From Candidatus Latescibacterota bacterium (GTDB lineage Bacteria > Latescibacterota > UBA2968), in NCBI GenBank assembly GCA_965116885.1, contig OZ220741.1:2720001-2784000 (forward strand): a stretch of DNA of 64,000 nucleotides, written 5' to 3'. This document shows positions 1 to 9,241 of the stretch, piece after piece. Numbering within the stretch: the first letter of the stretch is position 1; each line of letters opens with the position of its first letter. The notes beneath the pieces were generated by a model. It was given only the letters and a program-made list of their open reading frames with translations. It was not told the DNA's origin and did no database searches. The translations under genes and the position numbers were made by a program.

Positions 1-165
1 GCTGCGAAGATGCAATGCGTCGCGCATGATGTACGTGCCGGATAGAATTTCAACCGTGCCTCCGCCGAGTGCGGCGATGTAATCGACTGCTGCTTGCAAA
101 GCGCGGTTGTCATTGCCGATGATGTCGGCGTTTTTTTGTCCGACGGTGATGTGTAAGCCAGTCAT
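1..165 (-). CDS. Right-handed beta-helix / pectate-lyase-superfamily protein, N-terminal part (runs off the window)
   Basis: Manual translation MTGLHITVGQKNADIIGNDNRALQAAVDYIAALGGGTVEILSGTYIMRDALHLRS. ALQAAVD..GGGTV..GTY is the typical beta-helix N-terminus; GGAG RBS upstream. Confidence 0.7.
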   Translation of the reverse strand, partial: MTGLHITVGQKNADIIGNDNRALQAAVDYIAALGGGTVEILSGTYIMRDALHLRS

Positions 166-233
166 GAGAATCTCCGTGGATTAATCGATGCGAATTTCCC
201 GTCCGGTTTCGCCGCTTTCGAGCACGGCTTCCA

Positions 234-1223
234 TCATTTGTTGTACTTGATATCCGTGGCGCAGGGGGCTTCGCAGGTTTTGCCGTCGAGGATGCAGTCG
301 ATAAAGTGCCCCGCAATGCGGTCCCATGCCTGGGTTGCAAGCGGGATATCGACGGCGATGTCGTGTGGGACGCCGTCCTGTGTTTTGTAGATTTTGAGTG
401 GGCGGAATTGCGCGCCTGCTTCGTCGCCAAAGAGTTCGATCTGGAGTTCGTTGGGCTGGTGCGATGCCCAGAAGCTTTCGACCTGGAGACCCGCGCCGTT
501 TTCAAAGCGGATGAATCCGCCGGCATAGTCGTCTGCGGCGTATTGTTCGTAGGTGCTGCGCGGGACTTGTCTAAAGCCCCAATAGCCGCGTCCGCGCGGT
601 CCAAATTTTGCGCCACACACGCCTGTGACGGTGGTGGGTTTGGGCATGCCGAGCAAGTACCACACGGCGTCGAGGACGTGGACGCCCATGTCGCGGAATG
701 CGCCGCCGCCTTTTTGGATGAATCCGAGGTTCCACGCGGGGATGCCGCTGCGGCGCACGCTGCGGGCGCGGGCGTAGTAGAGGTCGCCAAAATAGCCTTC
801 GCGCGCGAGTTTTCCGAGGTATTGGCACTGGTCGGAAAATCGGGTGGAGAGCGACATCATGTTGACGACGCCAGATGCTTCGGCGGCTTCGACGAGTTTT
901 TGCGCTGCCTCCTCAGAGTCCGAGAGCGGTTTGGTGACCATGACGTGTTTGTCGTTTTTGACGGCTTCGAGTGCGATGGGTACATGCCACTGGTTTGGGG
1001 TGCCTACGAATACCGCGTCGATGTCGGGGGCTTTGCACATTTCTTTGTAATCGGTGTAGAATTTTTGTTCGCCGGGCAGTTCGCTGGCAAATTCTTCCAT
1101 TCTTTCGGGGATCAGGTCGCATAGTGCGACGACTTCGCCGCGATCATTTTTCGCAAGGGCGCGGCCATTGGGTTTTCCAATGCCCATACCGACGACGCAT
1201 ACGCGGACTTTTTTTTCTGGCAT
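234..1223 (-). CDS. Gfo/Idh/MocA family oxidoreductase (apparent frameshift near the 3' end; intact end probably at 181)
   Basis: VCVVGMG Rossmann start, GTPNQWH, TKPL, GGGAFRDMGVHVLD. Confidence 0.88.
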   Translation of the reverse strand: MPEKKVRVCVVGMGIGKPNGRALAKNDRGEVVALCDLIPERMEEFASELPGEQKFYTDYKEMCKAPDIDAVFVGTPNQWHVPIALEAVKNDKHVMVTKPLSDSEEAAQKLVEAAEASGVVNMMSLSTRFSDQCQYLGKLAREGYFGDLYYARARSVRRSGIPAWNLGFIQKGGGAFRDMGVHVLDAVWYLLGMPKPTTVTGVCGAKFGPRGRGYWGFRQVPRSTYEQYAADDYAGGFIRFENGAGLQVESFWASHQPNELQIELFGDEAGAQFRPLKIYKTQDGVPHDIAVDIPLATQAWDRIAGHFIDCILDGKTCEAPCATDIKYNK

Positions 1224-1328
1224 GATGCACTCCTGTTGTTAAATTGGGTTGGTTGTGAAAATGCGCCCTGTATTATGCGAAAAAAATAGGGATTTACCAA
1301 CAGGATTTCACGGAAAGGATATGGTGTT

Positions 1329-2453
1329 ATGCTCACTCTGGAAGGTTGTCGCAATCGGCAGCAGCGATTTCGAGCGCGTCTCTCTGAGGAGGGGATCGAT
1401 GCGGTTATTATTTCAGACTATCGGGATATTTATTATTTGACAGGCGCTCTTCTGTCGGCGTATCCATCGTTTTCTTTTCCCGCGCTTTTGTATTTGGAGA
1501 CCGATGGGGGATCGTGGCTGGCGTCAACGACCGATGAAGGGGATGCGGCTGTGGATGAGCGCGTGGTGTACGATTCGCATGTGCTCTATACGATGAATCC
1601 CGATCCGATGCGCTTGCTGAATGCGGCTGTGGCGCAGAAGCTTCGCGATTGTAGGGGTATTTCTCGTTTGGGCTGGCAGCAGGAAGCCACGCCCAAATTA
1701 CTCGCCGATACGGTGGCAGATGCTCTGGGTGGCGAATGGGTGGGGATAGACGATTTGCTGATTGCACAGCAGATGAGAAAGGATGCCGATGAAGTCGCGA
1801 TGTTGCAAAAGGCGATTGATATTAATCTACGGGCTTATGACCGCGTGCAAGAGGTGATTGCGCCGGGTGTAAATGAGCTGGATGTGCTCGCGGCGGGTCA
1901 GCAGGTCGCGCTGAATGCAGCGGGTGAAGTGCTGCACCACGGGGGCGATTATCAATGTGGGCAATTGGGCGGGCTGGCCAGAAATAGGATTATTGAAGAT
2001 GGGGAGTTGTATGTTATTGACGCGCAGACAGAATATCACGGGTACTGGTCCGATTTGTGCCGCACTTTTGCCGTGGGCGATCCCACGGATTTACAGGCGT
2101 CGGTGTACGATCTTTTGAAAGCTATTTTAGAGGATGTTCCCAATCTAGTAGGGCCTGGTGGACGGGGTACCGCACTGTGGCACGCGATTGATGAGGGGAT
2201 CCGCGAGCATCCCCATTTGTCTGACATTGGGCTGATTCATCACGCGGGACACGGCGTGGGGATTCGCGCACACGAACCGCCCGATTTGAACCGGGACCGA
2301 GAGGGTATTTTTGAGGTGGGCACGGTCTTTTCTTGTGAACCGGGTGCGTATAGCGAGGCATTGAACGGGGGCATTCGGTTGGAGAATACGTTTTTGGTGA
2401 CAGAAGATGGGGTGCAGAATTTGACGGATTATCCGCTGGTGTTGAAGAAGTGA
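1329..2453 (+). CDS. Xaa-Pro peptidase family (M24)
   Basis: Creatinase-like N-terminus; IDAQ..GYWSDLCRTF, HHAGHGVG..AHE, EPGAY, GIRLEN metal-ligand motifs. Confidence 0.9.
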   Translation: MLTLEGCRNRQQRFRARLSEEGIDAVIISDYRDIYYLTGALLSAYPSFSFPALLYLETDGGSWLASTTDEGDAAVDERVVYDSHVLYTMNPDPMRLLNAAVAQKLRDCRGISRLGWQQEATPKLLADTVADALGGEWVGIDDLLIAQQMRKDADEVAMLQKAIDINLRAYDRVQEVIAPGVNELDVLAAGQQVALNAAGEVLHHGGDYQCGQLGGLARNRIIEDGELYVIDAQTEYHGYWSDLCRTFAVGDPTDLQASVYDLLKAILEDVPNLVGPGGRGTALWHAIDEGIREHPHLSDIGLIHHAGHGVGIRAHEPPDLNRDREGIFEVGTVFSCEPGAYSEALNGGIRLENTFLVTEDGVQNLTDYPLVLKK

Positions 2454-2486
2454 GATGTGTGAAGTGAGAAGTGTAAAAATTAAGTC

Positions 2487-2510
2487 GTAGGAGCGGCATC
2501 CCTGTCGCGA
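2487..2510 (+). repeat. GTAG-type REP-like palindrome, preceded by degenerate heptamer repeats (2450-2478)
   Basis: gtaggagcggcatccctgtcgcga between convergent genes. Confidence 0.55.
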
Positions 2511-2540
2511 TTGTGTAAAGTGGGAAGTCCACTCAAGCCC

Positions 2541-3530
2541 TCAGAGTGCGATTGCGTTACCCGTATCGGCTGCTTCGCGTGCACGCAAGCATAGGCGTGT
2601 GACTTTTATGGCTTCGTCTGGCCCGATGATGTGGGGTGCTTTGCCCGTGCGTTCACCGTGGAGGTTGACGAGGAAATTCTCTTCGGGTGGCAGGGACAGG
2701 TCGCGTGGTGCTTCGTCCGAGCGAATCAGATGCGTGCGGTCGTCGATGACTTCTATGACGCCTTCTGATCCGGCGATTCGGAGGCGGTCGTCGCCGTGGG
2801 TGGGTGCTGTTGAGGGGCGCAAATAATCGAGGTTGATCATTGCCGTGCCGCCATTGTTCAGGCGGAAGAGCATGCCGCCGTGGTCTTCGCAGCCAGGGTA
2901 GTCGGGATGGGCGAGGTTGCCGTGAAGTGCGGCGACTTGTGTGTATTCACGTCCGGTTGTCCAGCGCGTGTAATCGACAGCGTGGATTGCGACCCAGGGG
3001 ATTGTGCCGCCGTAAGTTTCTCGTTGTTTGAAAAAGTCCGGGCGCGTGCCAAAGCGATAGGATTTTTGCGCGGTTGCCAGAATGGGTTCGCCGATGAGGC
3101 CGTCTTGAACTGCCTGGTGTGCTGCGCGAAATGCGGGGGATAGTCTCAGGCCAAACATGGCGGTGAGGCGAATTCCGCTGTTTTTGACCGCTGTTTCAAG
3201 GGTGTCGAGATCTTTCAGGGTGGTTGCAACGGGTTTTTCACTGACGATGTCGATTCCGCGATTTGCTGCGGCTATTGAGGCTTCGGCGTTAAGGGAATAC
3301 GGACGACAGATGCTGACGAGATCGATTTCTTCGGTGTCGAGCATGTGGCGATAGTCGTCATACAGGCGGGTGTGCGCGGTGAATGCGGTGTGTGCTTTGA
3401 CTTTGGCGAGGGGGTCGGCGGGATGCCCTTTGGCACAGGCGATGAGTTGTGCGTCGGGGATGTGCGCGATGCCGTCGAGTACCATGTTCTGATGTCCATC
3501 GCTGCCGATTTGTGCGATTTTGAGTGGCAT
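2541..3530 (-). CDS. Gfo/Idh/MocA family oxidoreductase
   Basis: LKIAQIG N-terminus, SEKPVA, GGTIPWVAIHAVD. Confidence 0.85.
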   Translation of the reverse strand: MPLKIAQIGSDGHQNMVLDGIAHIPDAQLIACAKGHPADPLAKVKAHTAFTAHTRLYDDYRHMLDTEEIDLVSICRPYSLNAEASIAAANRGIDIVSEKPVATTLKDLDTLETAVKNSGIRLTAMFGLRLSPAFRAAHQAVQDGLIGEPILATAQKSYRFGTRPDFFKQRETYGGTIPWVAIHAVDYTRWTTGREYTQVAALHGNLAHPDYPGCEDHGGMLFRLNNGGTAMINLDYLRPSTAPTHGDDRLRIAGSEGVIEVIDDRTHLIRSDEAPRDLSLPPEENFLVNLHGERTGKAPHIIGPDEAIKVTRLCLRAREAADTGNAIAL

Positions 3531-3589
3531 GGTGTTCTTGCTCCTGTTGTTGAGATTTGGAATGATGGCTTTAATTAACGGAGGAATAA

Positions 3590-5509
3590 ATGCTTTCGCA
3601 AAAGTATTCGGAAGACGTGTTAAAAGATATTTTGATTTCGCGGGATGATTGGCGGCCTTTTCCCACGGCGCTGATGCGCTATGCGTGGGATGCGTTGCCA
3701 GACGCGGTGCGGCAGGCGCAAATTGCGCGGGGGGAAGAACGCTTGAATTTTGAATGGCCCGGTGTGCCTGCGGTGCGGTTTTTGGATTATGCGCGCAATG
3801 GGAATCGCTCGCGGTACGAGAGCTTGAGTTTTGGGCGGCGCACGGCGCTGTCCAATCTGGTTCTGGCAGAGTGCGTGGAGGGTAAAGGCCGATTTTTGGA
3901 TGATATTACCAATGGTATCTGGTGTATTTGCGAGGAGTCTTTTTGGGGCGTGCCCGCGCATATTGGCGTGCAAAAGGCGGGTAGTGGGCTGCCGGATACG
4001 GCTGAGCCGATTGTCGATTTGTTTGCCGCAGAGACGTCGGAATTGCTGGCGTGGACGGTGTATTTGCTGGGCGCGCAACTCGACGCGGTTTCGCCTTTGA
4101 TTGTGCCGCGCATTGCGCGTGAGATGCAATATCGGATTTTGACGCCTTTGTTGGAGCGCGAAGATTTTGGGTGGATGGGGTATTCGGGTGCGCGCGTGAA
4201 CAATTGGAATCCGTGGATTGTGTCGAATTGGTTGACTTCTACTTTGTTGATGGAGACCGATGACGCGCGGCGGGTTGCGTCGGTGTTTAAGGCGATGCAG
4301 ACGGTGGATCATTTTATCGATCCGTATCCAGAGGATGGAGGATGTGACGAGGGGCCGGGCTATTGGGGGCGTGCGGGGGCATCGCTTTACGATTGTTTGG
4401 AGTGGCTTTACAGTGCAACGGGTGGGGCGATTGATGTGTACGATGAGCCGCTCGTTCAGAATATTGGCAAGTTTATCTATCGGGTACAAATTGCGGATCG
4501 ATATTTTATCAATTTTGCCGATGCGTCGCCTGTGGTGATGCCGGCTTTTGCGGTTGTTTATGGCTATGGCAAGCGCATTGGGGATGACGCGATGGTGGCT
4601 CTCGGCGCGTGGTCTGCAAGACAACAGGGCGTTGCCGAGAAGGGTATTTCGGAGTCTTTTGGGAGCATGGGTCGGGCTTTGCCCGCGCTGTTTTCACTGA
4701 ATGAGATTCTCGATGCAGATGCTGCGCCGCCGTTGCCGCGCGATGTATTTTTGGATGAGATTGAGGTGTTTGTCGCACGCGATCAAGGGGGATCGACAGA
4801 TGGATTTTTTGTGGGGGCAAAGGGCGGGCACAATGCCGAGAGTCACAATCACAATGATATCGGGCATGTGGTGGTCTATTTGGATGGCAAACCCGTGCTC
4901 GTGGATGCGGGGGTCGAGACTTATACGGCTAAGACATTTAGCAGTACGCGGTATGATATTTGGACGATGCAATCCCAATATCACACGTTGCCGACGGTGA
5001 ACGGACAGATGCAGATTCCCGGGCGGGTTTATTCCGAGGCGGGGATTGATTATCACTACGATATTGCGGCTCGGGATGTGTCGTATGTGGCGAGTGAGGC
5101 AGATGCGACGTTTACTCTGGATCTGGCGCAGGCCTATCCGCCAGAGGCTCAGATTGATTCCTGGATGAGGACGGTTGTTTTGCGTCGCGGCGAGGGTGTG
5201 ACGATTGCAGATCGATATGCGTTGAAAGCCGTGACGGGTGATGTTGTGATGAATGTGTTGACGGCGTGTGGCGTTGAGGATTGTGGCGATGGCACAATCG
5301 CATTGAACGAGGCAGAGTTGGCGGATGGTCGCGTGTCTGGCGCGGCGCATTTGCACTACGAGGCGGATGTGTTTGACGTGGCGATTGAGGATATTGCGAT
5401 TGAAGACGCGCGATTGAAGACTGTTTGGGGCGATTTGTTGCGAAGAATCACGCTGACGGTTAAGGATCCCGAGCCACAGGGCGGGTGGACGATTCGGGTG
5501 ACGCGGTAG
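3590..5509 (+). CDS. Heparinase II/III-like polysaccharide lyase (no signal peptide seen)
   Basis: NNWNPWI, DGGCDEGPGYW, KGGHNAESHNHNDIG, LVDAG..YT, SQYH motifs; GAGG RBS. Confidence 0.85.
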   Translation: MLSQKYSEDVLKDILISRDDWRPFPTALMRYAWDALPDAVRQAQIARGEERLNFEWPGVPAVRFLDYARNGNRSRYESLSFGRRTALSNLVLAECVEGKGRFLDDITNGIWCICEESFWGVPAHIGVQKAGSGLPDTAEPIVDLFAAETSELLAWTVYLLGAQLDAVSPLIVPRIAREMQYRILTPLLEREDFGWMGYSGARVNNWNPWIVSNWLTSTLLMETDDARRVASVFKAMQTVDHFIDPYPEDGGCDEGPGYWGRAGASLYDCLEWLYSATGGAIDVYDEPLVQNIGKFIYRVQIADRYFINFADASPVVMPAFAVVYGYGKRIGDDAMVALGAWSARQQGVAEKGISESFGSMGRALPALFSLNEILDADAAPPLPRDVFLDEIEVFVARDQGGSTDGFFVGAKGGHNAESHNHNDIGHVVVYLDGKPVLVDAGVETYTAKTFSSTRYDIWTMQSQYHTLPTVNGQMQIPGRVYSEAGIDYHYDIAARDVSYVASEADATFTLDLAQAYPPEAQIDSWMRTVVLRRGEGVTIADRYALKAVTGDVVMNVLTACGVEDCGDGTIALNEAELADGRVSGAAHLHYEADVFDVAIEDIAIEDARLKTVWGDLLRRITLTVKDPEPQGGWTIRVTR

Positions 5510-5510
5510 G

Positions 5511-5550
5511 GCGAATAGACGGAGCGGGGTACAACTGGCCGTCTCTCAGG
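5511..5550 (+). repeat. Dispersed 40-bp repeat with hairpin (near-identical copy at 26567-26606)
   Basis: gcgaatagacggagcggggtacaactggccgtctctcagg vs gcgaatagatggagcggtgtacaactggccgcttctcagg. Confidence 0.8.
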
Positions 5551-5554
5551 CCAA

Positions 5555-5599
5555 AATAAAAAAGGAGCAATGTCATAGGGGCTTGCTCCTTTTTTTATT
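5555..5599. terminator. Bidirectional intrinsic terminator
   Basis: aataaaaaaggagcaa-loop-ttgctcctttttttatt between convergent genes. Confidence 0.85.
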
Positions 5600-6683
5600 C
5601 GATTAAGGCTTCGGAGATGGCGTCGTGAAATTCGGGGCGGAGATGGGCAATTTGGTTGTTCTCGCGGGTGGGGTGTACACGGTTGGTGAGGAGGATGACG
5701 CCGAGGTCTCGTATGGGGTCTCCCCATACGGATGTGCCGGTGAATCCGAGGATGCCGAAGGCTTGTTCGCTAAAGTAACGGCCGCTCGAACTTGCGCCGG
5801 GAGAGACGGTGTCCCAGCCGAGTGCCCAGGTGCTGTTGGGCGCGAGGTTGGCGCGTGTGGTGAATTGTGGAATGCTCCGTTTTGGAAAGATGCCTGTGCC
5901 GAGCCATGCGAGCAGGCATTTCGACAGGTCAGATGCTGTGGAAAACAGGCCAGCGTGGGAGGCGATACCACCCATTGCGGCGGTGTTTTCATCGTGGACT
6001 TCACCGTGTACGAGGTGATCGCGCAAGTCGGAGCCATCTTCCGTGGGCGCAATGCGGTGTTTGAGATGGGGCGGTGGACAGTACAATGTGTCGTTCATTT
6101 TGAGCGGTTCGAATATGTGCTGTTTGGCGAGGTGATCCAGACGATGACCGCCGATGGTTTCGAGGATTTTACCCAGGGTGAGAAAGCCCAGGTCGCTGTA
6201 CACGGTGTCTGTGCCGGGTTCATAAGTTAAGGGGTGTTGGCAGGCTGCGTTGAGCATGGTCTCGCGGGGATCAATCATATTGCGTTGGTTTTCGTACAGG
6301 TGAACATGTGCGGGCAGGCCGCTGCAATGGGCGAGCAGATGCCGAACGGTGACGCGGTCTTTGTTTTTTCCGGTGAATGCGGGGACATAAAATTGCACGG
6401 GTGCGTCGAGGTTGAGGCGATCTTTATCGGTAAATAACATGCAGAGTGTTGTGGTGGCGATGACTTTGGTGACGGAAGCGAGGTCGTAGATGGTATTGAT
6501 TTGTACGGGTGTCGCGTTGGGTTGATAGGTGTGGTGGCCCACAGCCCAGGAGGTGACGATGCCCGTGCGGCGCAGGACGAGGCCGACAGCACCGGGGGTG
6601 GTGCGGGTATGCACATGGCGTTGTAATACTTGACGGGCGCGATCGAGTTTTTGCGAATTAAAACCGATTTGTTCGGGTGTCAT
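5595..6683 (-). CDS. Serine hydrolase, beta-lactamase-related (class C / AmiE-like)
   Basis: YDLASVTK (SxxK), YSDLGF, HGEVHDEN, HAGLFST, LLTNRVHP. Confidence 0.88.
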   Translation of the reverse strand: MTPEQIGFNSQKLDRARQVLQRHVHTRTTPGAVGLVLRRTGIVTSWAVGHHTYQPNATPVQINTIYDLASVTKVIATTTLCMLFTDKDRLNLDAPVQFYVPAFTGKNKDRVTVRHLLAHCSGLPAHVHLYENQRNMIDPRETMLNAACQHPLTYEPGTDTVYSDLGFLTLGKILETIGGHRLDHLAKQHIFEPLKMNDTLYCPPPHLKHRIAPTEDGSDLRDHLVHGEVHDENTAAMGGIASHAGLFSTASDLSKCLLAWLGTGIFPKRSIPQFTTRANLAPNSTWALGWDTVSPGASSSGRYFSEQAFGILGFTGTSVWGDPIRDLGVILLTNRVHPTRENNQIAHLRPEFHDAISEALIE

Positions 6684-6788
6684 TTTTGTCTCTCCAGTTC
6701 CCAGCCTCTTGCACGTGGCATTTCTGTGTCCTATATTGCTAAACTAAGAGACAAAAACAAGGGAAATTTGACAGGGAAAGGTCGTTTT

Positions 6789-7436
6789 ATGAGATATCGA
6801 CATATCTTTGGAGTAGGCGCATTTATCGCTCTGTTTTTTGCGATGTGTATGCCCGCTGAGGGACAGGTGAATGTGGAACGGCTCGAGAGCATTGCGCGAC
6901 ATGTGGCTCGGGCGGTTTTAGCTGAGGGGGATTCTCTAACGGCAGAGCAGGTTGTATGGGTCGAGCGCATGACCGCGCAATTGGCAGAGGATGCGGTGTT
7001 TCTCGACGAGCAAAAACAGCGGTTGGAAGAGGTGCGTCGCGAAAGAGATGCGTCGATTCGGAATATCGCGAGTCAGGTTGCCAAGGGGATTGCTGTTCTG
7101 ATTGCGCTGCTGGTTTTGTGGGGGATTTTCCGTGTTATTAGAAGAGGTGTGAGTGCTGAGTCGGGAAATGATCCTCTGGGGGTGTTGATTGCGATGCGCA
7201 CAGAAGCGCGGGCGCAGAAACTCGGGGAGGCGCTTGTTGAAGAAAATTTGGCGTCGGGCGGAACTGTTGCACCGAGTATCCGTTCAATCTATCGCAGGGA
7301 GGATGGGGTGCGAGAAGCTGCGGAGGCGATGGTTTTTTTGAAGACGACGCGGGCACAATTAAGCGATTTGATTGGTCGCGCAGAGGAATTGGGCGAGGGC
7401 AAGACGCCAGAACTCGTTGTGATACGCGAGGGGTGA
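6789..7436 (+). CDS. Signal peptide + helical region + TM helix + C-terminal CutA-like domain
   Basis: Start reassigned to ATG 6789 (MRYRHIF). C-terminus AQKLGEALVEENLASG..IRSIYRREDGVREAAEAMVFLKTT..TPELVVI matches the CutA pattern. Confidence 0.72.
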   Translation: MRYRHIFGVGAFIALFFAMCMPAEGQVNVERLESIARHVARAVLAEGDSLTAEQVVWVERMTAQLAEDAVFLDEQKQRLEEVRRERDASIRNIASQVAKGIAVLIALLVLWGIFRVIRRGVSAESGNDPLGVLIAMRTEARAQKLGEALVEENLASGGTVAPSIRSIYRREDGVREAAEAMVFLKTTRAQLSDLIGRAEELGEGKTPELVVIREG

Positions 7437-7444
7437 GAGGGTTT

Positions 7445-7548
7445 CACACGAAGACACGAAGACACAAAGATACAAGATGTGAGACGAAAGAGTGTAGGGG
7501 CGGTGTCCCCGTATAAAAGCACTACGGGGCAGGCTCCTGTGCCCACCG
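7445..7548 (+). repeat. Short tandem repeats (cacgaaga-like) followed by a GTAG REP-like element with an internal hairpin
   Basis: cacacgaagacacgaagacacaaagatacaag; gtaggggcggtgtccccgta..tacggggcaggctcctgtgccc. Confidence 0.6.
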
Positions 7549-7567
7549 GTGAGAGGATACTGATAGT

Positions 7568-8236
7568 ATGTTAAGAGTCTGGATCGTTATTCTGTTGGGG
7601 TTTGTTGCGTCCGCAGCGGCAGAGGAAGATAATGCTTCGCGTATTGCGCGCGAGATGGTTCGCTCGCTGTATGGCTCTGAGCGCGTGAAGCCGTTGCCAC
7701 CTGTGGCGAATGCACAGGTGCGCGCTATTGCGAGAAGGTTGGCTGTGGAGTCGGATGGGCGTTTTCAGCACGCGTTTTTTCAGGAGGATCGCGAGCAGGG
7801 CGCGTTTTTCAGCGGGCTGATGAAGCATGTTATTATCGGGGTGATGATTTGTCTGGTGTTTTTTGTGGTGCATACGGTTGTGCGAAAACTCGATGCGGCG
7901 CGGCGTCTGGGGAAAACGGATCGCGATGTCGCAGTTCAAGGTGGGGTGCGAACTGCGCCTTGTATTCTGGCTCTTCCCATGCCATCTGAAGCGGAGGCAA
8001 GTCGCGTTGGGCACGCGCTTGTTGCCGAGCGGTTGGCTGCGCGGGCAGATGTTTTTTCGCAGTATTTTTTATCGCCGGATCGGGATGAAGGTACTGTGCT
8101 GTTTGTGGTGACTGTAAAAGGCCGCTTGAGGTCACTGAAAAAACGGTTGGGAGATTTGTCTATTTCATTTTCCGTGTCGCATGGACACAGATCTTATTTG
8201 ACGTGGATTGCCGATGCGGCTGATGGGAGAGGGTGA
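7568..8236 (+). CDS. Signal peptide + helical region + TM helix + degenerate CutA-like domain
   Basis: PSEAEASRVGHALVAERLAA and C-terminal GHRSYLTWI resemble CutA helix 1 and the terminal YLxW helix. Confidence 0.62.
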   Translation: MLRVWIVILLGFVASAAAEEDNASRIAREMVRSLYGSERVKPLPPVANAQVRAIARRLAVESDGRFQHAFFQEDREQGAFFSGLMKHVIIGVMICLVFFVVHTVVRKLDAARRLGKTDRDVAVQGGVRTAPCILALPMPSEAEASRVGHALVAERLAARADVFSQYFLSPDRDEGTVLFVVTVKGRLRSLKKRLGDLSISFSVSHGHRSYLTWIADAADGRG

Positions 8237-8280
8237 AAGGCGAAAGGTATCCGCAGATGGACGCAGATGGACACAGATGA
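8236..8280 (+). repeat. Decamer tandem repeat element (acgcagatgN)n; inverted copy at 25243-25295
   Basis: aaaggcgaaaggtatccgcagatggacgcagatggacacagatga. Confidence 0.75.
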
Positions 8281-8325
8281 GAGGATGAAGGGCGGGAGGT
8301 ATTCAGGACATTTTGGGGGTTGATC

Positions 8326-9054
8326 ATGCGTGTATTCAGATATGTTCTCTTATTTTTTTTGGCAATAGTTATAATTATTCAATTTGAAACCTGGTTAGAT
8401 ACTTTTTTGCCGGCCGAAATTAGCGACCTGTTCTCAATATTTCTTATGGTTGCTGCTATTTCTATTTTTTGGGGTCGAAAAAATAAATTTCAACGTTGGT
8501 TTGACGACCTGTCGCATCGCATCAATAAAACGTGCGGTCCCCTTTTCCGAAAATTGCGGGTTGCGACCACTGTCATAGGACATATTGTTATTCTGGGATA
8601 TTTGGCTCCCTGGTATTTGCCAGTCTTATTTGGAAGTACGACACCGGGAAATTATATGGGTAAGGCGCGGATCGGACAAGGGGAGGATGAAAAAAGATGG
8701 ACGTGTGTTTATGAATACAAAACACCAAAAGGCGTTTTTGAAGGTCATATTGCCTGGAGCCCACCAGATCCTCCAGAAGATTTAGAGGCTTATTGCAGCA
8801 AACAAATACCCGAATCCATTATCTATTTTCCGCCCAATCCCCAATATCACTATCCCAAGAACAGAAGTCAGCCCATTATGTATAATTATCCAGTAACCCT
8901 GTTCTCTGTTGCGATGCTCGGGGTGAATATCTTTTGGGTTTTTATTCCGCTGTTCAAACAAGGTGCGATTTCAAATGGTGAAGATGTGCGCGAGACGTTT
9001 TGGTGGGCAGTTATCAGTTTAGGATATGTAGGGCTTTATGGCTGGGGTTTCTGA
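8326..9054 (+). CDS. Hypothetical multi-pass membrane protein, AT-richer than its neighbours
   Basis: About five hydrophobic segments around a soluble loop with two Cys; no family recognised. Confidence 0.6.
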   Translation: MRVFRYVLLFFLAIVIIIQFETWLDTFLPAEISDLFSIFLMVAAISIFWGRKNKFQRWFDDLSHRINKTCGPLFRKLRVATTVIGHIVILGYLAPWYLPVLFGSTTPGNYMGKARIGQGEDEKRWTCVYEYKTPKGVFEGHIAWSPPDPPEDLEAYCSKQIPESIIYFPPNPQYHYPKNRSQPIMYNYPVTLFSVAMLGVNIFWVFIPLFKQGAISNGEDVRETFWWAVISLGYVGLYGWGF

Positions 9055-9129
9055 CAATCTCAGGTATTTGGGCTTGTATAAGTTTGAAATTTTGATATTT
9101 TAAAAAAGAAAACGGTCTGGCACTCTTCT

Positions 9130-9236
9130 ATGCGAATTATCTTGGATACCAACATTTTTCTGACCGTGGTATCGAGGAACAATTCGGTATTACGCCTGTC
9201 AGCCCTCAGACCTTTCTACATCTTATTGAGGATTAA
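9130..9236 (+). pseudogene. PIN-family toxin remnant with a large internal deletion
   Basis: MRIILDTNIFL N-terminus joined out of frame to RGIEEQFGITPVSPQTFLHLIED*, directly upstream of an antitoxin. Confidence 0.7.
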
Positions 9237-9241
9237 GAACG

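Noticed and set aside
6630..6788. Longer N-termini given in the ORF track (also 14075, 18148, 19034, 24084, 31588, 38439, 56134, 58410, 63000)
   Set aside because: They overlap neighbouring genes or lack an RBS; downstream ATGs with SD sequences, signal peptides or domain starts fit better.
9117..9134. Second sigma-54 promoter (ctggcactcttctatgc)
   Set aside because: GG-to-GC spacing is one base too long and the site overlaps the PIN start codon.
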